A stretch of DNA of 62,331 nucleotides, filler included, from Dugesia japonica (taxonomy: Eukaryota), in assembly GCA_001938525.1 (NCBI GenBank). It is 6 parts of 6 records of this genome, joined end to end, with 100 filler letters (N's around TTAATTAATTAA, not from the genome) between each part and the next. Parts side by side here need not be neighbours in the genome. Positions count along the whole stretch, not along the records: positions 1 to 9,058 come from MQRL01621636.1; positions 9,159 to 18,696 come from MQRL01555690.1; 4 more parts are not named here. One strand, 5' to 3'. A model generated the notes under the pieces. It was not told where the DNA came from. It searched no databases and was given only the letters and a program-made list of their open reading frames with translations. A program made the translations under genes and the position numbers. Of the stretch, positions 1-13,331 are shown in pieces (the first letter of the stretch is position 1; each line of letters starts with the position of its first letter).

Positions 1-54
1 TCACTATTTTACTGTTGGAGGTTATTGAAAACATTTGCTTTGATTCAATTGATA

Positions 55-310
55 ATTCATTTAATATAAAAGCTAAGATCAAAATTTTGGTTTTATTAAT
101 TGATATTGGATAACAAAAAAAAGTCAAAAGTCAAAAACAAGTCAATTCCTGACGAAGACAAGGTCGAAATATCGATTTTTTAAATCCAATATCAATTAAT
201 AAAACCAAAATTTTGATCTAGGCTTTTATATTAAATGAATTCTATAAAACGATTAATGGTTATGTCCAACAATTATTCTCGCAATAATTGCAATTGTAAA
301 TCAATTAATA
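55..310 (+). mobile_element. Short non-autonomous Penelope-type/retrozyme-like repeat with an inverted duplicated arm
   Basis: 55-111 is a near-perfect inverted copy of 184-240. Hammerhead core at 149-173. The 3' tail (ATGGTTATGTCCAACAATTATTCTCGCAATAATT) recurs near 8395, 15905, 18650 and 42935. Confidence 0.7.
144..178 (+). ncRNA. Minimal type I hammerhead ribozyme (PLE-type)
   Basis: CTGACGA-A-GAC-AAG-GTC-GAAA-TAT-C: conserved core boxes, 3-bp stem II, palindromic stem III (ATAT), imperfect stem I (AATTC/GATTT). Confidence 0.65.
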
Positions 311-488
311 ATAGAAAAATAATAGGATGCATATATCAGTAGTCGCCATCTTTAGGAATTTTACGGCCCATTAAAATAATTATTTTTGATCGTTCAGACC
401 AATTATATAATAATATTTGTTGATAATTGATAAATAATTCCTCAATAGTCTTTAATTTAAAGCACTCACAAATCTGTAACCTTTAAAC

Positions 489-892
489 CATGGATGGCCA
501 ACCCAAATAATCTTAAGGACCACTTTGGAAATGCATCATAACTCCAAAGGCCGCATATAAAATTATAACCCCATATTAGATTAAGACACATTACAGAAAT
601 TTTTTGGAGTGAAAAATTGTAACACAATAAGTTATTATTGTGTTTACTATTATTCTAACATGTAAACTAGATGTAAATTACAAATTTTATTTGTGTAATT
701 TATTGAAATTTTACACGCCTATTTAAATTATTAATTTTTACGTAGATTTCTAAAATTTTAAATGAACATGTGATGGTTCATCACACATTGGATTTCATTA
801 CGTTTAGCAATTATAAAAAAATATATTTTGTAAGTGTGAATCTCGCGGGCCGAAAAAATTTTCAAGGCGGGCCACGTGTTGGCCAACCCATG
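489..892. mobile_element. hAT (Charlie-like) MITE
   Basis: TIRs CATGGATGGCCAAC / GTTGGCCAACCCATG, subterminal GGCCGC motifs, degenerate 8-bp TSD CTTTAAAC/CTTAAAGC. Confidence 0.7.
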
Positions 893-3486
893 CTTAAAGC
901 TATGGGCCGCTGAAAAATAATAATAATTTCACTTTGTACTCCACTGTGATTAGTGCATTTACAATGTATGTATTTTCAAATTGATTGATTTGCTGTGTTT
1001 GTCTTAATTATTTCAACTTAAGAATTTCAACGTGTATGGGAACAACACGTTTTTGTTTTATTTGATGTCAATATTTATTTAAATTGTAAATAATTTGATA
1101 ATAATTATTATTGGGGTCGTGACAAATTTTTTGATGAAAATTGTAAAATGTTTATAAGGCACTATTAATAAGAATTTTTATTAAAAATGTCTTTAGAAAT
1201 ATAAAAACAATTGTAAAGGCAAAAAAGTAATTTTATAAGCGAAAATATGAATAAATGTGACAGAATAAAAAATGTCATTTAAAACACATCTAGTATAGAA
1301 AATATTCTATATATTTTATTATAGATTCCAACAATATAATATAAAACGAAATATATTTCATTATAAAAGGCTTTTTTCTGGTAGTTGAATTATAACATAA
1401 CTTGTTTATCGTGCAATATATTTGTGATTAGTGTGAAATTATTTTTAAATTGAACGTTACATTAAACAAAGTGGATGTAATTGTTAGTGTAATTCTATAT
1501 TGTTGAAGATTAATAAGGTTGAATATTAACAAACTTTTGTGCCTTAAATTAGGACGTGAAGTTACAGTCGCAACAAATGACCGAACTAAATTAGTTGGGA
1601 GTTCATAAAAGGATTTTATCAACAATGTTTAAACAGAATGCCGACCGAGAAGAAATAGTGTACCAGAGTCGATAAAATAATGGCCTTCGTGAAATACATC
1701 AAAAGCGCCACTGAATAAACTATAATATTTGTGAATTAAAACAGTTATTATATGCATATATATCATATTATTATCAATCACATACTTCAATTACAAAAAC
1801 AGATACATACAATTATGAATATTAATTGGTCGTAAATGTGGTGTGTTAGGATAAATGTCGACGACGGTGTAGTTTCAATAATAGTACTTTAAAGTTTAAT
1901 AATTTCATTAAATAAAGTTAAGTTGTTTTTCAAAAGAGATGTTATTTAAACAAATCATAATTTTTCAAAATTTCAATTTAAAAGTAGAAATTGGAATAAA
2001 TTTAAGTATTGATAAAATGTTAAAATTCAAGTACTTTATTATTTGATTAAAATTATTTATTTAATTAAAATCGTTAGCAAAATCGTCATACTACTAATTA
2101 AAAAAATGTATTTATGAATTTCAAATATAAATTTATAATAAAATAACACAAATAATAATTATTCTTCTAGTTAAAATTATAACCAATTTTTATTAGTTAA
2201 TTTTTTTGCGATTATTTAATCATAAACAAAACCTTTTAAAAGATGTTATGACATTGAGTATTGATTTTGGTCAAATTATTAACAGGTTAAGAGATGTTAT
2301 AAAAATGTTTAAAAAAAAATCATTAAAGCAATCTATTTTGCAACAAAATATAGTTCATAAAATAGGGAAAAACTGAAGTTAAAATTGGACATCAAAACAA
2401 GATGGAATTCTTTGATTGTAATAATTTGACGATTATTTTTTACCAAGTTTTAACGATTATTTTCAATATTCTTCAAAAAATGCAGCAATTTCATTACACC
2501 TGTCTGTACTCTCAGTACAATATAATTATTTATCTTTTTCTGATGTCCCGTACGTTTGAAAAAAATTAAAACCCCCCTTCATATATTCCTGGTTACGCTA
2601 CTGTATATACATATATAATATATAAGCTACAAATAATTATAAACAACAAATTACGTACAATTAACAAATACAAAATCTATTTAGAACCTTGGTTTCAAAT
2701 TTAGTTATAAAATATTCGAAAATAAACGACACAATATGTAGTTTTGATGAATGAATTTAAACTTAAACGATGCACATAAACAGTCGTCCGTTAAAAGTGT
2801 CATCAGCGCCGCTGAAATTACCTGTTATTGAACAATTGGATAAATTGTGTATTCGTAATGCATAAGCCAAAAACACACACTAACATAAAGACAATCCCCA
2901 CTCAGATTCTTAATTATAAGCTCACATAAATTTACATTTTAAATATTGTTTGTTTTTGACAAAAAAACATCAAATATAACTTTTATATTATACTGTTGTA
3001 AAGAAAAATTTGTAAGTTGATTAAATCCAGTACAAGATAAATATTAATAACAACTAATTAAAATAAAACAAGAATAGAATTTATTAGAATATTTTTGCAA
3101 TGTTGATATTAAAATTCAAACTATCAGATTTTGATTAATCACGTTCGTATATTTAATTTCCTCGCAATCAGTCCAATCTATATTTAAAAATATAGATTAC
3201 TATTATGGTCATTTCTTAATTTAGTTATTGATTTCAGTTTGTTATCAAGCTTCTTCAAAATTTAATAAATCTAACTTAAATATTGAATACAACTAAATCA
3301 TAAATAGTTCTACTAATTTTCCATTTCAAATATTTTTCGAAAATTATAATGTCAGATATTCTTTTAATTTACTAAATTTAAATAAAATTAAGTTTTATAT
3401 ATTACTTATATTTTAAAAGATTTTATTTTTACGATTTACTAACTGTTCTTAAACATCATAACCGTGTAATTCATTAATATGTGAAT

Positions 3487-3801
3487 CAGGGTTGCGCAAC
3501 CTGCGGCCGTGATCCATGGGTTTGGTGGTCGTGAAAAATTTCAATGTTGTGCTTAAATCTTTATTCATCAAATATAATAAACAAGCTATAAAAAGTTTTT
3601 AATTTAGCTCATTATCAAAACCAAAGCAGCCATTGATTTTCGTACTTACCTTAAATAAAAAAATTGATTACTTGTATTTAAATATTTATTAAGTAGTATT
3701 AAAATTAATTTTTATAAGATATCGAGAAGTTTGGGTTTTATATTTGAAAANNNNNNNNNNNNNNNNNNNNNNNNNNNNNNNNNNNNNNNNNNNNACCCCT
3801 G
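3487..3801. mobile_element. hAT MITE
   Basis: Left end CAGGGTTGCGCAACCTGCGGCC, right end ACCCCTG; partly gapped. Confidence 0.55.
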
Positions 3802-4694
3802 CTATAAATATTACAACTAATGAATATTAATCATTACTTTTCGTAATTGATTTTCAAATTAAATAATTCATAAAATCGATTTTATTCATTTTACATTTAC
3901 CATTTATTATGAAAACTACATTCGAATAACTGTAATAAATAGATTTCACAAATTGAAATAATTTCTCAAAAGAATTTCAGACTCATTTCATTTTTACAAC
4001 TAAAAATATATTTTCTATATGGTAGAAAAAATTTTCAATTGTTTTTATAAATAATTTTAACTGTTGACATCATCTACTAAAACGGTTCTCAATTTAATTG
4101 GATAAATCGAATCAACAAATTAATTTCAAATAAAAGAAACATGTACAACCAAAGTACTATCTATTTAGTAGTTAAATAATTCAAATAATAATTAGTTCAG
4201 TAATATAATGCTGTGTTGTTTTTTTTAACTTGGAATAAATTTCAAAAATAATTTTATCAAATGAAGTAAGAAAATATTATATATATTTATATAGAGAAAA
4301 TCATAGTGGAATTTTCCTTTGTAATAATAGATTCTTCATATTTTTATTTCACATTTTCATTATGTAAAATAATAAGATTAATATTTAAATAATAAAAATG
4401 AAATAAGAATTTATACTAATTATTTTATTATCACATGGATTTAAATTTCTAAATATCTTAATGTTAAAATTATATAGATTGAAATTCATAATTTTTATTG
4501 AAATTATANNNNNNNNNNNNNNNNNNNNNNNNNNNNNNNNNNNNNNNNNNNNNNNNNNNNNNNNNNNNNNNNNNNNNNNNNNNNNNNNNNNNNNNNNNNN
4601 NNNNNNNNNNNNNNNNNNNNNNNNNNNNNNNNNNNNNNNNNNNNNNNNNNNNNNNNNNNNNNNNNNNNNNNNNNNNNNNNNNNNNNNNNNNNNN

Positions 4695-4754
<60 letters not shown>

Positions 4755-4764
4755 CATTATTATT
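4695..4764. repeat. (ATT)n microsatellite next to a gap
   Basis: Direct reading; explains the poly-I/poly-Y ORFs. Confidence 0.95.
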
Positions 4765-5129
4765 AGTTCTTTTAAAAAAAAATTAATCTTGGCGGTAATT
4801 CATTTTTAAATAATGAATGCATTTTGTAAAGTCTAAACTTTGATATCTAGTTACTGTTTTAATTATCAATAATTAACTTAAACGTCAAGTTGTTGTCTAA
4901 ATTAATTAAATTTCCCGAGTATTTTTATTTGATAAATAAAATCGAAAGATGATTCAAATTGTTTGTATCAACTGAAGAAATTTAATTCAATTTCAATAAT
5001 TGTTTGTTTCTATTAATTGAGGTATCTCTAAATAAATACTTAATTTAAAACTCAATTGCTTAATAATTAAAATTGATTTTTAATATAAATTATGGACTTC
5101 CATTTACTAGATTTTCATTAAATTTTATG

Positions 5130-5592
5130 TATGGTTTTGGGATTTTTTGAAAAAAGACCTAGAAAAAAAATTTATTTATAAAATACCTAAGAAAAATGTA
5201 TACAAAAGTTAAATAAAAAATTATTTAATAATATCAATCTTTTAATTATTCAAATCTCGTGTATTACATATCTATTTTATTATCCCAAAAATGGAAAATG
5301 TAAACGAAGAAATTCAAAGATTCCCAAATCCACCAATTTAGCAAGAGATATAAAATGTAGTATTTGTAAAGAAATTGAACATAATCGACGAGCTTGTCCA
5401 AGGCAGATAAACCATTAATTTATATTTTTATTTTTAATTGGTTTTTGTATATATATATTCTTAGGTATTCTATAAATTCCAAAAATTTTCTTAGGAATTT
5501 TATAATTATTTTTAGCTATTTTATAAATTCTATAAATATTTTTAGGTATTTTATAAAAAAATTCTTTTTTAGGTTTTTATCAAAAATCTCAT
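5130..5592 (+). mobile_element. Long-TIR (Mutator/MULE-like) non-autonomous remnant with a zinc-knuckle fragment
   Basis: About 5139-5190 is an imperfect inverted copy of about 5542-5590. Internal 5341-5410 reads ARDIKCSICKEIEHNRRACPRQ (CX2CX4HX4C). Confidence 0.5.
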
Positions 5593-6259
5593 GGTTTTTA
5601 CAAAATACATTTGGCATTGTTTAAATTATTTANNNNNNNNNNNNNNNNNNNNNNNNNNNNNNNNNNNNNNNNNNNNNNNNNNNNNNNNNNNNNNNNNNNN
5701 NNNNNNNNNNNNNNNNNNNNNNNNNNNNNNNNNNNNNNNNATATTTATTTTCTCTGAAATAATGACCTTTATTTATTTGTTTGAATTTTGCAATTGATAT
5801 ATTTATTTTAGAAATAATTCTCTGTAATAAATGAAACAATAAATTTTAAAAGCAATAATCAAATTATAACTTTTATTAACAAGTTATTAAATTAATTATT
5901 AATTAAATATATTAAATGAGAATTTAAACATTGTTTATTCAGAAAATAGAATAAATATTAATTTTGTTTTAAATTTTTAATAGAATCTGTAGTTTTTTTA
6001 GAAGTGCTAAATTTATCATAACTTGACATTCCAGTTTAAAAAATTAGTACGTCAAATTTAAATTTTATTTAATAAAGTTAAATAATTTAATATTTTTTAA
6101 AAAGACAACATATTAATGTTTGTAATTTTAATTATTTTAGAAATATTTTCCTATTTACTTTATCACTTGATTGAAATTCTGATTTGTAATTTAATTTTCA
6201 ATGGAAATACAACTGATTTTATTTATAGGAAATAATTCATTAATAATTTGGTTTTCATA

Positions 6260-7500
6260 AACCCTTAACTGGTGACGAACAAATTAATAACATAACTGGT
6301 GACATGGTGTATTTTTGACACCATTTTTGGCCGAGTCTGTTATAACATTTTTATGCAATAAACTCAGTCCTTTTGCAAACAAAGAGCTGGAGAATTTGTG
6401 TTTTAGCCAAAACTATTTGTTTCAAACAATCAATTGTTATTGTTCAAATCTTTTAGAGTAAGAATTATTATATGAAGTCATGCCGAACATATTGTAAAAC
6501 ACCGCAATTGACAAACGACAAGCAATCATTTTAGAGAAGTAACAGTGACGAATCTGATCAAGACTATCTACTCCAGCTTTTGTAAATTGTATCACAATAA
6601 AATTTCAGGTTTTCCAGTTTCTTGGTTTATCTTAATATNTCAATGCTGAGAATTGAGAAGTGCTTTTTCTTTGAATTGTACTTTACANTGATAAATTTNT
6701 CGTAGAGCATGAACTTCATTTCCTTTTCAACACTTTTTAAAAATTAGAATTCAAGAGCAAAGAGCTTTTTGTTTACAATTACAAAGTCATTTTGTGTTAA
6801 AGTAAATATTTTGCCAGAAACCAAGTAGTGAAAATGTTTTTAAAACACAATTTTCTTTACCAATGTATTTTTTTACAATTTCGAGTTAAACGTTGTTTNN
6901 NNNNNNNNNNNNNNNNNNNNNNACTTCATTTCTACAAAGTTATGATTAAATAAACATTTGGAATGAAATTCTACTTCAAAATGTAATAAATTACTTGTTA
7001 GCAATCAGCTGGTTAGTTGGGTTGTAAGATTTTCTTGTATGTCATTTGTCTGATTGATATCAGTTTATCATTTCAGTCTTGTGCTCTCTTACTATTAGAT
7101 CTACTAGAAGCCATGAGTTTCTTAAAGTAATTGCGAGATATCTTTTTCATGATCAAAATCTATCTTTTTAAATTTTAAATTTTCTGTTTAGATAAATTTA
7201 TTTGTCCAACAGATAATCTCATCAATTATCTCACTAGTCAAAAAATTACTTAAAAATTCATTGAAGTTTACACCAACTGCAGAACTCTCTTCGAAGATCA
7301 GTGGCTTCACATGAATATGTTCTTTTGAGAATTATTTCTTTCAGTTCCATTATTCATATTTGGATTCAAAAAAGAAGATTTCTGATGTATCTTCAATACT
7401 TTGCTACGATAGTTCTCTTACACATCTTCAATGTTAAAAGACTCATCAACTATTTCATATAAATCTCCAGAATCATTCAACCAGTACCTAATCAAAACTT
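6260..7500 (-). mobile_element. piggyBac transposase remnant
   Basis: Minus strand reads ENIFTT (DNxFTS motif) and QETGKPEI..YN/TKAGVDSLDQ. Terminus-like TAAACCCTTAACTGG near 6258. Confidence 0.75.
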
Positions 7501-7697
7501 ACATTATTTATTTGAATAAAAGCAATCGTTTTTTCTACATGAGTTTTTCACAATTTCAACCCCAAATTACATACTACTTTGGTAACCAACATGAGAAGTA
7601 ATACAACACCCTTTATACTCATCAAAATTAACTCTTACATACTACCATGGCCTCAGATCACCTGAAAACATCTGGGTACACAACGATTTTATGCCTT

Positions 7698-7935
7698 TAT
7701 AATAATAATAATAATTATAAAGATAATAATCATAATAATGATAANNNNNNNNNNNNNNNNNNNNNNNNNNNNNNNNNNNNNNNNNNNNNNNNNNNNNNNN
7801 NNNNNNNNNNNNNNNNNNNNNNNNNNNNNNNNNNNNNNNNNNNNNNNNNNNNNNNNNNNNNNNNNNNNNNNNNNNNNNNNNNNNNNNNNNNNNNNNNNNN
7901 NNNNNNNNNNNNNNNNNNNNNNNNNNNNNNNNNNN

Positions 7936-7986
<51 letters not shown>

Positions 7987-8008
7987 TAATAATAATAATA
8001 ATAATAAC
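7698..8008. repeat. (TAA)n microsatellite spanning a gap
   Basis: Direct reading. Confidence 0.95.
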
Positions 8009-8519
8009 CTTGAATTAAAGCTTTGATAAATCTCTGAAACTGTATTTCAATAAAGTTTTGGTCCTGAATAGATTTTCAAAAAAAATACGTGAAATAATAA
8101 ACTGAATTTTTGTTAAAGTTAATTAATCATCATAAAATAAATCAATTCATCGATTTTCTAATATTATATTTAATTAATAAAAAAATTCTTGGTAATCATA
8201 AATCATTTAAATTATTTGTCAAATTTTTTCTTGTTGCACTACAAATCACCAGTCACTTTGCAAAGCTTTCAGTGGTGGTTTCACTGAATATTTTTAACGA
8301 TTTACACTATAAATGAGTTTATAGTTTACACTATAAATNNNNNNNNNNTTTACACTATAAATGAGTTTATAGTTTACACTATAAATACAATTGGCAGAAT
8401 AATTGTTGGACTTAATCACATTGATAAAATTTCAATAAATTAAAAAGTTTAAATCAAAAATTCTTATTATAAATCCAAATTTTCGTCGATAGATGTCAGT
8501 TATCAGTGCTTTTACTTAC

Positions 8520-9058
8520 TGCGCACTAAACCAGTATTTTCATAATAAAACCCCATGTTTTCCATTAAACCCATATTTCCCATTAAACCTATATTTTCAA
8601 TGTTGAGATCAATATTTTTAATGATGAGATCCGTATTTACCACGTTGAACTATTATTCTTTAACAATGTATCTGAATATAAGATATTTAAAAGAAAAATA
8701 AACCCATAAATACCCAAGAGCAAGCAGGAAACCAAAGAGCAAGCAAAGAAGCACAAGGATAACCAGCATATCATAATAGGTCTAACTCAGTCTTATTGTC
8801 TTCTTTTATTATTGTATGACACTATTTAAAGATTACTGAAGTGAGGTCTACGAAAATATGTATTAAAACGAAAAAAAAATAGTGAAAATATGTTAAATAT
8901 AGCTAAATAGTGGTAAATAATAGAAAAGGATGGAAAATAAGGGAAAATATAGCTAAATAGAGGTAAATCAGGAAAATATAGAGAAAATGATCAAAAATGA
9001 CTAAAGTATGGGAAATGGTAGGAAAATAAGTCAAAATTGATAAAAAAAAGTAGACAAA
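8520..9058 (+). repeat. Dispersed non-coding repeat, copy 1, with internal ~10-bp and ~21-bp tandem units
   Basis: Matches 31850-32420 in reverse complement (for example CTCAGTCTTATTGT, GAGCAAGCAAAGA, ATATAGCTAAATAGTGGTAAAT). Confidence 0.7.
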
Positions 9059-9158
9059 NNNNNNNNNNNNNNNNNNNNNNNNNNNNNNNNNNNNNNNNNN
9101 NNTTAATTAATTAANNNNNNNNNNNNNNNNNNNNNNNNNNNNNNNNNNNNNNNNNNNN
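9059..9158. other. Artificial contig spacer N44-TTAATTAATTAA-N44
   Basis: Exactly 100 nt with stops in all six frames; five identical copies in the window. Confidence 0.95.
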
Positions 9159-9299
9159 TAAAAATATGACAAAATATGGTAAAAAGTGACGAATTGTGTA
9201 TAAATTAAACATATTAAATGACTATCTATATAGAAATGCAGAAATATTAGTGACTAAGCTTACTCTATTAAATATTTTATATGACCAAACCAATATTTT

Positions 9300-9622
9300 C
9301 TATATTCCCAAATAAAAAGCCTGAAAAATTTTACCAACTAAATATACAGGAAAATTTGTAGCCACTTAATCCTATTACGTAAATTTTCCCGGCGATGAAA
9401 TTAATCTCATGACATAATTTGTGTGCAAATTATTTTCCCAACTAAATACACAGGAAAATATGTAGCCACTTATGTAATAATTCTCGCGACAAGATTAATT
9501 ACATTATGCAACGCACACAAATGTGTGCCGCCGCCTATTTACATTAGAAAAATTTAAAAACAGTTATGTCATAATCCGATTACTGAATGTGTGCTGGCTA
9601 CGACTCCTACTATCTATTTACT
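9300..9622. mobile_element. Polinton/Maverick terminal segment (right end)
   Basis: Ends CTACTATCTATTTACT, 14/16 identical to the terminus at 48678. A ~35-bp subterminal direct repeat occurs near 9334 and 9438. Confidence 0.55.
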
Positions 9623-10330
9623 TATTCTTCATTGATAAATCATAAATAGTTTCTCCTGCTAAAATTACTGCTTCACTAAGTTATTTATATTGTGGGAATA
9701 TTGTTTTTATCAAAACCTCTTTCTCTTTTGCTGTTGATTTTACAACTGTTGAATAATCTTCAATTAATTTTTTTTAAAATTTAGGATCTTGTTTAATTAT
9801 TTCCATTTTATAATCCATTTTTATTAGTTTTATTTTAACGCTTTAGTTGTCTTCGCACTATGATAGCACTATTTATGTGAGTCAAATGATTTTTGAATTT
9901 CCTCTTCAACTGCTCCAGCGGCTTGATTATTTTTTTTTCTTGTGGTTTTCGGTTTTTCAGTTAAAGATATTTTTGTTTTAGATGGAAGAATTAATTCAAA
10001 CCTTTTTTTTGAACATTAAAAAAAAATTACCATATTGATCTTTTTCATTTTCCCTAGATTTTTCGTTATAACAATATTTTATTCTATGAAATTGTTTTCT
10101 TTCAGGTTTTAAATTTAAGTCTCGGAGAATTTTATTTAGAGCTACGATTGATATTCTAATTTCTTTATTAATTACTAAATTATTTGTATTAGGATTTCTA
10201 GATTTTATTTTTTATATTTTGCAAGTATACAAATCTTTTGTGATTTTAAAAATAAACTAGAATCAAAGTTGCTAGCACATTTCAAAGTTTCATCAATATT
10301 ATCATATGTTAATTTTTCAAATGAAAAAAT
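9623..10330 (-). pseudogene. Decayed basic orphan ORF, probably a Polinton gene
   Basis: Broken frames read KSRNPNTNNLVINKEIRISIVALNKILRDLNLKPERKQF and KPKTTRKKNNQAAGAVEEE. Lies between terminus-like ends. Confidence 0.4.
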
Positions 10331-10339
10331 TAAAAAGAG

Positions 10340-10680
10340 AAATGTTATTTTACATTTCTAGATTTGTACCTGTTCTTTTAAAGAATAACATAGAATGAGA
10401 AGAGAGAATTTTAGATTTTAGATTTTCAACCTGTTCTTTTAAAGAACACCTCCCTCCTCATTTTAGATTTTGACACGAGTTGGTGGCAATTTAAAAACAG
10501 TCATGGGACATAGGAAGGTGTGATTTTAGGATTTTTAATAACGATCTGGCTTAGAAAAACACACACGGTAGATAGGAAAGTTAAATATTTTTTCTCTGGA
10601 TTTTGCATTTTAAAAACAGTCACGTTACATTGGAAGGTTCAAAGGTTTACCTGGCTCTAAAACGTCTTTTTTCCACTACT
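10340..10680. mobile_element. Possible Polinton terminal segment
   Basis: Reiterated motifs (CCTGTTCTTTTAAAGAA x2, TTTAAAAACAGTCA x2). Ends CCACTACT, the reverse complement of 5'-AGTAGT. Confidence 0.35.
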
Positions 10681-11019
10681 TATATATTTTCTAATAAAAT
10701 ATACAAACCCTCTCCTCTTTGATTACTTTTTATTATATTCTATAATAAAAAATTTATATATCAATGGACTCCCCTCCCTGATATTTTTCTAAACTACAAA
10801 TATCACAAAAACTCCCCTCATTGCTTCTTTTATCATGTTAATTGAATATATATCATAATTTAGTTATGTAGGCATAAAATATATATTACGTTGTGGTATT
10901 CTATGAAATTAATTTCATTTGTCATTGTTCGTTAAATATAATACGTTGCAGTATTTTAACAAAGTATATATAAAACAGCTAAATTAATTTTTTGTCTTTT
11001 ATTAATTGAAAACTAAATT

Positions 11020-11525
11020 ATGAACAACAACAACCAAATGATATCGAGAGGAGTAGAGATCAGTCCATGGAATCTCTCACAGGAAACGAATGATGAAGAA
11101 TGGTCTGCACGATTTATGGAGTTCTTGCCACAAAATATTCAGAATCAAATCCTTTTAATTATTTAGCTCAATTAGTTACAACGATGGAAGCAAGCTTTAG
11201 AGCACAACTAGAGTGGAGCAATGTAATAAGGAGCCTTCGTCATCACAGCAATCATCAATCATCAGTTATAAGGGATCTCGAAACAATTGATCTTCATTAC
11301 CTGGTCAAAAAAACAACACAAACATGTTCGAAACTGTCAATGGACGAGCAAAACCCATTTACGACTCTTTTTGATTAATATCAAAATGCATTGCCGGTAA
11401 AAATAATACAAAGTAATAATCATTGTTCTGAACAAGAAATTGTGGCCCACAGAACTCATATGACGATGAAAGAAATACAGGAGATGATGACTGAAATTAA
11501 CAATAACAACATCAATTTCATGTAG
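11020..11525 (+). pseudogene. Orphan ORF A (frameshifted, one internal stop)
   Basis: MNNNNQMISRGVEISPW.. shifts into track ORF 11100-11378 and continues past its stop to ..NNNINFM*. Coding-like composition against AT-rich flanks. Confidence 0.5.
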
Positions 11526-11847
11526 TTGTACATATTAATTTTTGTAATTGCTTTATAAATATATTTGTTTTATAAATATATTTGTTTTTATTAAATATAG
11601 TTTCATTTAAAAAGTTATAAAAATGTAATAATAAAAATAATAAAAAATAATAAATTTATAATAAATATTGTTAAATAAAGCTATTAAAAAGTTTTAATAC
11701 AGACATGATGCAAATGAAATGCACAGACAATGCAGACGCAATACTTATGTAATAAATAATTTAACTTTTTGATCAATTAAATCAATTAAAGAAAATAGAA
11801 TATAAGTAACTGTCATAATTTATTTTATCATACATTATTTTGAAACG

Positions 11848-12566
11848 ATGAATAAAAACTCTCAGTACATTGCTGTTGAATCAACAGTGTTGATGATGAA
11901 AGAAAACCAGTTGAAGATGCAATTGAGGAACTGGATACATATACTGACGATGGAAGAAAAGTCAAATACATACTAGGCCTAATGAGACGATTTAGAGGTT
12001 TGCTTGACTTTTATAGTTAATTTGATGAACAAGATTGAATGAGACAAAATTCAAGAAAATTAACTAATGAAGACATATTTGGTGAGAAATTACAATACAA
12101 TGAAGAAATATTTGGTGAGAAAATACGAAACAATGAAGGTTTCCTTTTGGTATTGTATTACTACTTTATTAATTTTATCTACTTGAAAGAAATTTGCATA
12201 GTACGGTTACATACCACGGTTATGAAATAGCATTTCTCAAAAAACATAAATCATTTCTTCTATCAGATGCAGTCGAGTTGCAAAAAGTTAAATTTGTTTA
12301 CCACATATCGCAATTAACAGATAAAAATATACAAATCTTGAAAAATGAATTGAGTCAAATTAATGCGGAAATGGAAACAGACATTTCAATGAAAATATCA
12401 TTTTACATTTAAGCAACAGATTTTAATTGGTATGATACAACTGGAAATATACGTATTCCTACACAAGTTGGTACGGTTAAAATAAAGCTTTTATTTCAAG
12501 GATAAAAAACAAAAAATAGAATAAGATTCCCCGTATGGAAATTGTTAGACGTGTTTGATTGTTAAT
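11848..12566 (+). pseudogene. Orphan ORF B (decayed)
   Basis: Consecutive frames ..VEDAIEELDTYTDDGRKVKY.., ORFs 12039-12230 and 12194-12412, then read-through ..FNWYDTTGNIRIPTQVG..PVWKLLDVFDC*. Confidence 0.5.
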
Positions 12567-12771
12567 TATTATTAGAACATGTTTTTGTTGTTGATGTTTT
12601 ACAAAAAAATAATTTTTATATAATTGTTTTTATTTAGCATGATTTTGTAATAAAGAAAAACTAAATCCAAAATATTTATTAAAAAATTAATTTAACAATC
12701 ATTTGAATAATAATCGCTGTCATCATCATCATCATTATCATCATTATCATCATCATTTTATAGCCAACAAT

Positions 12772-13331
12772 ATGGATAAATATCTACGTGATTGTAGACA
12801 TTTAATTTCTGAAAAAATTATAAAAGTGATTCCAGAACATAAATACCATCGAAACAAATTCGAAAGATTAAGTGACTGGGAAATGTTAAAATAAAGATAT
12901 TTATTAGAAAAGGATATTGAAAGAGGAATTCATGCTTTAAATCAAGTAAGGTAAAATAATGATAATAAATTCAAATATTATTTTTACAGGTTCAATTGCT
13001 AGAAATGTTGTTACACGAAAGAAAAAAACGAAGAGAATCTCCATTTCCATATCGAATGGGTACCACATCAAATGTATCGAAAATTGTTGAAGGATTGGCC
13101 TTTGCGCTCAAACTTAGAATTTCGACTCCACTAGTTAGTATAATAGAACATATGCTGAAGAAATGTAATGCAGAAAAACCATACGATCCGCGGGAAACAG
13201 TTCAACAGCAAAAAATATTTAATCTTCAAATAGTATCGGATGCATTACAGTCACTGAAAGGATACGATTTACATCGAGTTGGAGAAATTGGAGATTTAAG
13301 TAATAATATTAATAATAATAAACAACTTTAA
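12772..13331 (+). pseudogene. Orphan ORF C, two exons (12772-12945, 12990-13331), one internal stop
   Basis: A 44-nt GTAAGG..TTTTTACAG intron (12946-12989) joins the two track ORFs in phase 0. Confidence 0.6.

Noticed and set aside
4461-4809. Poly-I/poly-Y/X ORFs (also near 5.6, 7.7, 24.8, 42.4, 43.9, 50.3 and 53.0 kb)
   Set aside because: Artefacts of N gaps and (ATT)n microsatellites.
9103-9114. TTAATTAATTAA as a biological repeat or piggyBac site
   Set aside because: Always centred in exactly 100 nt of N-flanked spacer; an assembly linker.
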